Shown piece after piece: positions 22,213 to 34,596 of a stretch of 64,000 bases of DNA (positions within the stretch are counted from its first letter, which is position 1; the number at the start of each line of letters is the position of its first letter). Origin of the DNA: Octopus sinensis (taxonomy: Eukaryota). The position numbers and the translations under genes were made by a program. Location: contig NW_021836159.1 in NCBI RefSeq assembly GCF_006345805.1, forward strand, positions 6,064 through 70,063. Reading direction: 5' to 3'. Below the pieces are notes generated by a model. That model saw only the letters and a program-made list of their open reading frames with translations. It was not told the DNA's origin and ran no database searches.

Positions 22213-24990
22213 TTTCTTTATTTAGCCACACAGGACCGAAAACAGATGGAACAATACAATGTAGAATTTTTTATTTTCGAAACAGCTCAGTAGGGATTGA
22301 AAAACGTTTTGGAGCGCGAACACATGTAGATAACAAGGTTTCGTTTTTAACTATTTATATTCCCCAAAAAGGGGAGAAAATATAACACTGACTAGAGTTA
22401 TCCGTGGAGAGAAAAACCTCCGAAAAAACCTCGGTAACCTCGTAAAAAAGGAAAACAATATGAGAGAAATGTGCCCTCTCTCCTTTTGTTTTATAGGTTT
22501 ATGTTTAAAATGGTTCCGCCATTTATGTGTACCATCTTTGCTACATTCACCCACCTTTCATTAAAAATTTCATTATACAAAATTTCCCTTACTACTTTTA
22601 CCTCCCTTTTCAAGTGATACTTCAAAGGCTAATGAGAGGTTGGCCAGAGAGGAAAGTATTTGTCTCTAAGCCTTTCAAACGATACCACTTATCGGGTGTT
22701 GACAGCAAATGTATCGCCTATCCACAAAAAATGAGGAGAATGCGTTCTAGTTTCGTGATGGCAGAGTCGAGACAAGGCACGGCGGTCAGACTGTAGTAGA
22801 TGACGGATACGATGTACGTATTTGCCACCTCGGCCCGACCTTTTAGAGATAGCTTCTTCTCGGCCCACAGCTGAGTGTGAGTGATTACTTTACTCGTTAT
22901 CTCGTCCCAGTTCTCCATTTGGAGTTCTGAGTCGAACCAAAACCCGAACAATTTAACCGATCCGTCTGTCCAGTGCCCCACGATGGAAGCGCTGTTGGAG
23001 GAGCATAGGCTTGATACAATAGGTGCCGAGCCGCATGCTCACCGGAGTTTTCGGGTTAATTTTTGCTCCCGTTACCGATTCGTATTCTTTTAGTGTCTCG
23101 CCGACCAGGTCAGTATGTCTGAGGCTTGATACTATGACGGTGATATCGTCCGCATATGCAGTACGCTCCATCCGTATCCCAGTTCTCGCGGGATACCCCT
23201 CAGCGTCGCCAGCTTCCACAATAATGGCTCAAGAGTCAATATATACGAAAGTGACGAGAAGGGGCATCCCCGACAACCCGAACGCATGATGTCTGAATGG
23301 TTTAGATGGATGGTCATTTACTCGAACTACTGAGCGGTTGCCGCTGTATAAAGCAGCGTTCCAACCACGGAAGACTGGACCGAAATCAGCCACCCAAAGG
23401 ACAGCCACCAAGTATCGATGGTCGATACTATCGAAGGCTTTTGATTGATCCAAAGTGATCAGCACCCTACCTATGCCAGGTTCTATAACTACCCTGTGTA
23501 TGATGTAGCGCATGAGGTGGAGGTTACCATGAATAGTTCTTCCCCCAAGACGCATGTTTGCCCCTTGTCGACCAGTTTCTCGATGACAAACACCAACCGC
23601 TCGGCTAGCACTTTGGCCAAAGTTTTCAAATCTACGTTGAGCAGAGTGATGGGCCTGAAATTATCTATAACGATCCCCTTGTTTGCGACTTTCTTTAACA
23701 GTGTCACTGCTCCTCGACTCACAAAACTGAGCGGCTGTAATGGAACTTTCACAACATTCCGCCTCTCTTGCCGAGAGTCATGGCAGACCATACATGTAGT
23801 CTCTAAAGTCGGTTCTGCATTCTGATCCACCAGTTGTCCCGAGCAGCCGGACAAAGTCCTGGTGAAAGGCCCCACACCTCCTTTCGGTTTCGAGTAATTC
23901 GCACCCTTGTTGATCTATCAAAGACCAAATGGTAGCTTTGTTGTCATGTTGCACCTCCGCCACACGCGCCCCTCGGGTGGTTCTAATTCCCTCGCTTCTT
24001 AGGGCTCGCATCCTAGCTCTGACAACCTTCGTGGTTGGCGTTGAAGTGTTGATCAAGGGTCAACCCCGCCGCCAGCACGTTGGTCACGCTGCTACTTCTA
24101 AGAACTTCTAATTTCTTAACTAGGTCTCTCTTTACTCTGTTTCGATCTATTACTAAAGCCTTGCTGTACCTAACCGTTTCTGCTTTATTTGCCCTCTTTG
24201 GGGCAAACCACCACTTGTTGTTGACGATGGCTCCAGTCAACGCCCTCCTAACTAATGCGTAAATCCGGTCTCTGTAAGCCTGTCGCGCCAGGAGTCACGC
24301 ATTCAGTTTCCAGTATCCGGGATACTGCCTATGATTCTTATCTAAGTCGATAGTACAGGTCACGAATTTGTGATCTGTTTAGCTGATTATGTGAAATTTT
24401 GGACAATCTATACTATCCCTATCCACTGTCCTACGAAATACTCTATCTAAATACAATCTCGACGACTCGATAAAGTTGGTCTATGTCCACATTGGCACAT
24501 TCGGGTAGTCCAGTCGGTACCTGTCAGACATTTGGAAACGTCTGAGAAGATCTTTGAGGCATTTGCATCCCAGATTTCGAATTGTCAACTGAACATGGGC
24601 TTGAAGGCCCGCGGGTTGTGGAGTCTGGTTTCGCTGATGGCTATATCTACATTTTGAGACTTGATGCCATTTAGCAGATAACCTTGTTTCCAAGGCGGTC
24701 CCAAGCCACGCACATTTACATTACCTATTCTGATCATGGCCCTAAAAGTTGTGTTTTACACTGAACGAGAAAAGAAAGGGAAGAGAGGTACTTACTGTTC
24801 GAAAGTTGGATACTGTCCTCTTCAAAAGTTTCCATGAGGAGGTTTTCATAGATTTTTTAGACAAGTGTTTTTGAAATCTCTCTACTGCATTAGGATACAG
24901 AGATTTCACTAAATTATGTGTGTTTCCTGCCGTATACTATTTTTATGTGTTGTGGTGGTTTTGTGCGTGGGTGTTTGTTTTAAAACTGTT
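22213..24990 (-). mobile_element. Older, internally deleted Tx1-like element of a related subfamily
   Basis: ORF fragments with YADDITV, NFRPITLLNVDLK and LSLKGRAEVANTYI; ORF2 start MIRIG at about 24737; same 3' end motif TTTCTTTATTTAGCCACACAGG next to a GATA array. Confidence 0.85.
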
Positions 24991-25087
24991 TTCTCTTAAG
25001 TCAGTGTGAGACCAAATGTATTGCATCAGCTCCAAATTGTTTGTGTTGATTGCGATTTGCATTGTTGGCGTTTGTGTGTTTGTAGGG

Positions 25088-26310
25088 TGTCCGGTCAATT
25101 CGTCGACGACAATTTGTCGTCGTTTAATTTGTCTCCAGTCAATTCGTCGTTGGTCAATTCATCCCCATGTCAATTCGTCATCAGTCAATTCGTTACTGTA
25201 TTACATATTTCTTTTTTCTTAAAATTTTAGATTGTCTGCAAATGCTTTTAGAAAAATAATTTTTTGGTTTGGATCATATTTTTCAGTGACATTTTTTATA
25301 TCTTTATTTTATGTGGTGGTGGGAGATTGGTTATTCTCCTTGCATAAACCTCTGTAATTTGGTACTGGCAAAACTTTCCTCACATTTAATCACATCAATA
25401 AGTTTCCAAATATTTCAATGATTAATATTCACTGTGTTTTCAGCGCGGTGTGGTACACTTCTAAACTATTTGTAGTATCAGCAATCCCCGGCATACATCG
25501 ATCCCAAACATTCCACATGGATAATGGAAATAAAAGTTCAAGGCGTCGCCTCCTCTATCCTCTTTCTCTCTAGATCAGTGGTTCCCAACAGCAGCTCCCA
25601 AACTTATTGTTTAAATAAGTTTTCCCACGGACCCCTTTTAACATGCATATCCTTTTGTGTATACATATATATATATATATTATATATATATATATGAAAT
25701 TTTAAATTTAGTTCACGGACACCCAGTACTACCTTTGCGAACCTCCAGGGGTCTGCAGACCCCAGGTTAGGAATCACTGCTCTAGGTGGTCCTATATAAT
25801 TGTTTTCAGAATAGGATACAATTGACTGTGGAATATCATCATCATCTGCAAGTTGTTTATATCCATCTACAACATCATCAACTGGCAGGAAGCCAAGGGC
25901 AAAAGAGCACCGCATTTTTAGACTAAAACTGTCTTCGTGATATCTGCATTTTGGTCCTTCTTGCACAACAGACTTGTACGCATTGTCTTCTAAATGAATC
26001 AAGCAGCATGCCAAATTCGACCCTGGAAACTATTCCAGAAATCCGTTATGGGCAGCTTTTTCGAAATCCATAATTATATTATCAGGTCCCTCATTCTGCA
26101 GTAATTCATTTATTTTGGCAAAAAGTCTATTATATGTGTCTTGACATTTGTCAGAGAGTAATGCAAACAATCGTGGGAAATTAATAATATCAATTTGAAT
26201 GTGAAGTATATATAACTGGAAAAATATACTAGAGTAGCAATTAAATGTTCCATCTGCTGCCCAGTTCTTGTGCTGTTTTAACTGTCGAAGTGCTTCGTCA
26301 CTTGCATAGT
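25088..26310 (-). mobile_element. MULE (Mutator-like) transposon relic
   Basis: - strand peptides YASDEALRQLKQHKNWAADGTF and IIMDFEKAAHNGFLE*FPGSNLACCLIHL are MULE DDE motifs. Subterminal GTCAATTCGTC-like repeats at 25094-25195. Confidence 0.75.
25576..25779. mobile_element. hAT-type MITE nested in the MULE transposase
   Basis: TIRs CAGTGGTTCCCAAC / GTTAGGAATCACTG; 8-bp TSD CTCTAGAT / CTCTAGGT (7 of 8 match, TCTAGA-type target). Confidence 0.8.
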
Positions 26311-26831
26311 TACATCTCTAAATGTTGTCCATTGTTCTTTGAATCCAAATTTTCCGTAGTAAACTTTTCAGCAACAGCAACAAAAACCAAAATAGATATT
26401 GTATAATTGTATGTCTAATTTTTATTTATCTTTTCGTCATAAAATTTGCTTTAAAAGGTTTCGTTCATTTTGTTTACATTAAAACTATAAAACTCCTACA
26501 CATTTTCAAATTACTTTGTTACTAGACTTTACAACAGAAAAATTTCTTTTCAGTCATTTCCTTTCCACACCTTCATACGTGTTTTTTTTTTTTCTTGCTG
26601 TCATCGTTGTCACACTCGCCTTTAGTGCTGGTATTCTTTTCCTCTTTATCCCCTTTTTTTCTCTCCATCGTTTCCTTTTCCTTATTCTTACCTATAATGA
26701 TGCCTTGATTGGTACGATTAGAAAAACAAATATCTACAGATCCATTTTCATTGGTCATCTGGCGCAACATTCAAACCCGTACAGCTTTGTGTAAACTTTG
26801 GCATACGCTATTATTCCCACTGACCATATCC

Positions 26832-26839
26832 TATAAATA
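26832..26839 (+). promoter_or_regulatory. Putative TATA box of paralog B
   Basis: TATAAATA about 220 bp upstream of the ATG, within a block conserved with paralog C. Confidence 0.5.
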
Positions 26840-27051
26840 CTGGGCTTTCTCGCGTTGCCTACCAGAATTGCCTTGTTTGTTCACCGGACATATTCAGAGA
26901 ATTCAGTGCGTTCTTTTCACACCGGAGCTCTCTGTGAGTTCAATACGTCGACTAGCGTCGCCTTTGCAAGGACAAGGGGACTAGTGATATACATTATACA
27001 TACACTGTATATCTAAAAGCTCATAAGACAATTCTTAATAAGGCAATCAGC

Positions 27052-27108
27052 ATGCTTCAATCAGCCGGTAGATTCCTGCTCTGCGCTTTTCTTGCTACAA
27101 TAATTTCT
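27052..27108 (+). CDS. Paralog B exon 1, signal peptide ([19 protein letters not shown])
   Basis: ATG at 27052, basic residue then hydrophobic core, TCT|gtaagt donor; the signal continues as PIVA in exon 2. Confidence 0.85.
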
Positions 27109-27308
27109 GTAAGTATTCTGTTTTAGATTCCCTACAAACCGAACACTCGCGCGCACGCACGAAAACATATATCTGCGCGCGCACGCACGCACGTACACAC
27201 ACACAGATTCTGTATAATTCATTTTTAAACACATGTGTGTCTTTATGCATACATATGTATGCGTGCATGTATATTTGCATGAGATTGCATGTATGTGTAT
27301 GCATGAAT

Positions 27309-27359
<51 letters not shown>

Positions 27360-28769
27360 TATATGTATGTATTCATACACACACATATATATATATACAT
27401 ACACATACGTACATACATAATATCTACATACATACGTACGTACATACATACATACATACTACATACATACATATACACATACATACATACATACATACAT
27501 ACATACATACATACACAGAGCTTAAATATCCTCACCAATGGGCTGAAACTGACCTCGTTGATTCCGTTGTATCTGTCTACTAGCTTATTATATATAAAGA
27601 AGTGCAGGTATAGCTTTGAGGTTACGAAGACCGCTTCACAAGCATTTAGTTTCGACTTCAGTTTAACTTTACAGCACGTTGGGGGAAAATATTCTGCTAT
27701 AGTTCCGAATCGACTGAACCCTTGTGAGTGAATATGGTGAACAGAAATTGGGTATAAGGCTGCCATAAATGCATTACTTTGTGTTTGTCTTCGACTCTCG
27801 TGATTTTGAATTAGTGATGGTTGTTTATGTTTCGTAACTTAACGGTTTAGCAAAGTGGGTGGGATAGAATAGGTACTCAGTTTCAGATGAAATGCTATCA
27901 AAAAATGTTTATCTGCCCATAGACATACTGCCTATAAAGAGAAGAAGTCAGAAATATAAATCGTAAATGCTATAGAAACATATTTCATAAAGTGTTCTTA
28001 CTGATATTTTACAGCCAATTGTAGCCGACTATGTAATTGATGTGAAGTTTATCAAGTTTGAAAATTACAACCGTTTACTGGCTAATGGACGCAAATGTTC
28101 CAATTTCGGAAGTCAACAATGTCAAACGACTCTTCATGTTTGTGCTAGACCTGATGATACTTCGACATTGTGTCGTTATGGTGAGACTAAAACAGGAGTT
28201 ATCGGTAAGTACATGTTTATCCATAAAAATAAAACTAGCGAGATTCCAGGATTCAAGTTCTAAACTATATCAAGATGACTTGTTTTGTATTTTTATATGA
28301 TTCTACGTGTGTCAGTTTGGGTACTTTTTAAGTACCAGACATCTTTTTCATTACTAAATTCATTAGAATAGGAATGGGTAAATATAATTCTCAGCCTGAA
28401 CAGTGTAGAAAGGAACTAACGATATTTGCATTAACGCTTTATGTACATGTGAAGCAATTTTTAAAAAACGCAGGGACGAATGGACAGGTGATACACATTA
28501 TAAATACACTATGTATCTAAAAGCTCATACGACAATTCTTAATTAGACAATTTTCAATCAACCAGTAGATTCCTGCTCTGCGCTTTTCTTGCTACAATAA
28601 CTTCTGTAAGTATTCTGTCTCGGATTCCTTACAAACCGAACACTCGTGCACACACACACACACACACAGATTCTGTATAATTCATTTTTAGACACATGTG
28701 TGTCTTTATGCATACATATGTATGCGTGCATGTATATTTGCATGAGATTGCATGTATGTGTATGCATGA

Positions 28770-28849
<80 letters not shown>

Positions 28850-30158
28850 TATATATATACATACACATACGTACATACATAATATCTACATACATACATA
28901 CGTACATACATAATATCTACATACATACATATACACATACATACATACGTACATACATACATACATACATACATACATACATACATACATACATACATAC
29001 ATACATACATACTACATACATACATACACAGAGCTTAAATATCCTCACCAATGGGCTGAAACTGACCTCGTTGATTCCGTTGTATCTGTCTACTAGCTTA
29101 TTATATATAAAGAAGTGCAGGTATAGCTTTGAGGTTACGAAGACCGCTTCACAAGCATTTAGTTTCGACTTCAGTTTAACTTTACAGCACGTTGGGGGAA
29201 AATATTCTGCTATAGTTCCGAATCGACCAAACCCTTGTGAGTGAATATGGTGAACAGAAATGGGTATAAGGCTGCCATAAATGCATTACTTTGTGTTTGT
29301 CTTCGACTCTCGTGATTTTGAATTAGTTATGGTTGTTTATGTTTCGTAACTTAACGGTTTAGCAAAGTGGGTAGGATAGAATAGGTACTCAGTTTCAGAT
29401 GAAATGTTATCAAAAAATGTTTATCTGCCCATAGACATACTGCATATAAAGAGAAGAAGTCAGAAATATAAATCGTAAATGCTATAGAAACATATTTCAT
29501 AAAGTGTTCTTACTGATATTTTACAGCCAATTGTAGCCGACTATGTAATTGATGTGAAGTTTATCAAGTTTGAAAATTACAACCGTTTACTGGCTAATGG
29601 ACGCAAATGTTCCAATTTCGGAAGTCAACAATGTCAAACGACTCTTCATGTTTGTGCTAGACCTGATGATACTTCGACATTGTGTCGTTATGGTGAGACT
29701 AAAACAGGAGTTATCGGTAAGTACATGTTTATCCATAAAAATAAAACTAGCGAGATTCCAGGATTCAAGTTCAAAACTATATCAAGATGACTTGTTTTGT
29801 ATTTTTATATGATTCTACGTGTGTCAGTTTGGGTACTTTTTAAGTACCAGACATCTTTTTCATTACTAAATTCATTAGAATAGGAATGGGTAAATATAAT
29901 TCTCAGCCTGAACAGTGTAGAAAGGAACTAACGATATTTGCATTAACGCTTTATGTACATGTAAAGCAATTTTTAAAAAACGCAGGGACGAATGGACAGG
30001 TGATACACATTATAAATACACTATGTATCTAAAAGCTCATACGACAATTCTTAATTAGACAATTTTCAATCAACCAGTAGATTCCTGCTCTGCGCTTTTC
30101 TTGCTACAATAACTTCTGTAAGTATTCTGTCTCGGATTCCTTACAAACCGAACACTCG

Positions 30159-30189
<31 letters not shown>

Positions 30190-30295
30190 TCTATATAATT
30201 TATTTTTAGACACATGTGTGTCTTTATGCATAGGTATATATTCGTGTATGTATATTTGCATGAGATTATATGTTTGTGTATGCATGAATATGTAT

Positions 30296-30350
<55 letters not shown>

Positions 30351-30803
30351 CTTATAAATGAGGGCAAACGAAAAAATTTCTAATGCCAAATATGCCGAAA
30401 TTAGACATAATGTCCATAACCATTATATTTTTTTCAGAATACGCACGCTACTCCAGAAAGGAGCGTGCGTATTGTGAAAAAAATATGATGGTTATGGACA
30501 TTATGTCTAATTTCGGAATACTGGGCATTAGAAATTTTTTCGTTTGCCCTCATTTATAAGTTGTTTATAAATTTAACCTTTAAAGGTATTTTTTTATATG
30601 CTGGCCATTGATAAAATTATTCTGGGGAGGTTTTACGAAAAAATTTTATCTTACATTAAATATATATATATATACATATATATATAATTATATATGTATG
30701 TATATATTCATACACACACACACACATATATATATATACATACATATACGTACATACATAATATCTACATACATACATATACACACACAAGTATGTTTAT
30801 ATG

Positions 30804-30851
<48 letters not shown>

Positions 30852-33800
30852 ATATATGCATATATATATATATACATATATTTATATTCATACATATATA
30901 TTCATATATATATGTATACATACATACATGTATGAGAAAAAATGAGAATAATGTACCATATGTGATCAAATGGAGAATAATAGAAGGGTCTAAACCATAC
31001 ATGAATATGTCTAATAGATGTACGCTTTCCTTGGCCGAAAGGCCGCAGATGTTCTTTAGATCCGAGGTCAGCGATTTTTAGTGGATGTAAACACATGTTT
31101 AAATTTATCTTTAAAAACTGGGAGATTCCACCGATTCCTGATTGATTGGTCATTTTGCTCTCCTATCTTTCGTTATAACACCTAGGAATATAGATATAGT
31201 TTCTTCCTTCACTGTATCGATTTATATCTCATATTTATATCTACATTATATTTTTTCCATCCTTTTATATCCCTTTTGTAATTGCTACATATTATAAGTA
31301 TAGACCATTATAACAGACACCATAGAGTCTACCCCACTTATAATTTTATGCAATTTATGTATATTGTATTTTTATGTACTTGTATAATTCATGTATTGTA
31401 TATACTCGTATATCCTTTGAATTACGTGTAGATCTATATATATTTTATATATTGACTCATTTATAATTTAGCTTAATTTTCATAATTTTTATAATTTATA
31501 ACTTTATCATTTTACTTTGTTTTTTTGTGTATATTTTCGAATTAAATACATTTGAAACCTTAATTGTTGGCTACCTGTAGTGGAATCTTCCATTAATATT
31601 GTTTGCTTTAGCGTCACATCTCGTCCGGTCCTCTATTTAAACTTCTTGGTTTCATTGAATAAGCAGCGCCTGATGAACGTATTTGCCTTGCACATGAAAC
31701 TAGTAGTAACGCGTATAGTACATGCGGACTGAAACACATACATTAATATTGGACTCTCATTAGATGGAATATTCTTCTTGTTGGCCTTTTTACGCAGATC
31801 AATTTACTATATATATATATATGCATATATATATATATATATATATGCATATATATATATATATGCATATATATATATATATATTATATATATATATATA
31901 TGCATATATATATATATATTATATATATATATATGCATATATATATATATATGCATATATATATACATATATTTATATTCATACATATATATTCATATAT
32001 ATATATATAAATTCATCATCTGAAAGTTTCCAGCTTTGGTTCCTCTCCTGTTGCATGTACAGATATATACTGTATATACATATATACATATGTTGCATTT
32101 GATGTATTTAATATATTTGATATATTTGATATATCTATTGTATCTAAAGCACGATTGCTTTAATTTTTATATTTTATTGTTTTTATAAATTTTTTGTTAT
32201 TTTATTGTTTATAATGTATTGTTTTTATGAATTATTGTTTTTATTTCTATATACACGCACACATACACACACATACGTACATATCCACGAACGCACATGC
32301 GCCTCCCACACACCACACACATACAACACACATACATACACATATACACACATACTTCCACACACATGCACACACGCATACATACACACATGCACCCACA
32401 TACACCCACGCGCGCACACACACACACGTGCACAAGCGTACACACACATACACACGCACAGGAATGCACAGATATCAATCCCACACATAACCCGACACAC
32501 ATCTCCACGTTCACACACACATGCACACACGCATACATACACACATGCACCCACATACACCCACGCGCACACACACACACATACACACGCACATAAAAAC
32601 ACACACATGCACACAAACAAAATACACACGCACATACATACACACGCACACACATACACACACATACGTACATATCCACGAACGCACATGCGCCTCCCAC
32701 ACACCACACACATACACACGCACACACGCACACACATACACACGCACATACATACACACGCACATAAAAACACACACATGCACACAAACAAAATACACAC
32801 GCACATACATACACACGCACACACGCACATACATACACACGCACATACATACACACGCACACACATACACACACACACTAGCACAGGTTCGTACATATGC
32901 CTCCAACACACAATACACATACAGACAGGCACACATTTATACATACATGGGCAGAAATACACACGCACATACACGCATACACGCACGTAAGCACACCCAC
33001 ACTAGCACACGCACGCACATGTACACGCAATCACATACACACATGTACGCCTACACAAACCCCACGAAAAACCACACACACAATCCGCGCACACACGCAT
33101 ACACAAATTCACATACACACCCATGCATATACATACACACACAATATATGCATACACGCCGCACACACACATACACATGCACATATAGACACAGACACAC
33201 ATATATGCACACTCAAACATGCGTACACATACGCACGCACACACGCACATACACATTTACACGCAGATACACGTGTATGTACCCACATGCATACACGCGC
33301 AAGAAACGCCCCTATATACCCCCTACACAACCCCTCGTTCACACACACATGCACACAAACAAAATACACACGCACATACATACACACGCACATACTCATA
33401 CATGTACATACGCACACCCGTGTATATACACACGCACATACAAACACACACATGCACACGCAATAAACCCGCACATACCTCCCATACACACACAGCTCAC
33501 CCTCGTACATACACGCACACAATTATACATACATGTACACACGCATATGCACATACAAGCACACATGCACACATACACAAAGGAAAATGTAATTACTCCC
33601 CACACACACAACCCCTACGCATACACACATACACACGCGAACACACATCTACATACATACACATACACACACTTCAAACAAAACACACACACACCTCATA
33701 TACATACACGCACACACACATATTTCAAGCTACCAGAACCTTCCACTGACCATTTTCCTACGCACATGTGTAGGTAGACCAACAACAGGAGCCACACCTA

Positions 33801-34250
33801 CTATAAATTCTTCCTATGACCTTAAACAATACTAAGCCCAACCACACACATAGATAAACAGCCACAACCACACACACACAGATACACAGACACAAGTGCT
33901 ATCATTACACACACACGCACACGTAGACTTGCGCGCACGCACATACCCACACATACACACATATACCTCCTTCTCTTGCACTCTACAGTCTTTGAAAGAA
34001 CTTTTTCTTCACCCATTCCCTTCCGGTCATTCAATATATGACCGCGTGTGTATCGTTGGCGATTTTCTTCCTCCGTCTTCCCTTCCTTGGACCTTTCCTT
34101 TTTCTATGTTTCTGACGAAGTTCTCCGCTTCAAACGTTAAATCCTCCTCTCTTCTTTCATTTCCTGAGCGTCCAATAACACTATACTTGTTCCACGTTCT
34201 CACGTTGTTGTGTTTTCTCTTTGTTAATGTTTTGATTAACTATATGTATG

Positions 34251-34301
<51 letters not shown>

Positions 34302-34513
34302 GTCAAAAATTGTGAAGCATGACTGTCAACACTACTACATGAACCCGAAGATTGCAGAATTCAATGCATGAAAGTACTAGTTCAATCAGAATGAATATTT
34401 AACATTCTACTATTTCATTTTATTTTATTCAATTATAATATATTATCTTATAATATATCATTATAAGATTGTAAATAAAACGTGAAAATCAGACAAGGTT
34501 GGAATTCTTTTTA

Positions 34514-34596
<83 letters not shown>

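Larger units (their letters stand above)
26985..30340 (+). repeat. About 1.5-kb direct tandem duplication spanning exon 1/intron 1/exon 2 of paralog B (2 full units plus 1 partial)
   Basis: Period 1512 bp between the exon 2 copies; intronic parts differ at only a handful of positions. Confidence 0.9.
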
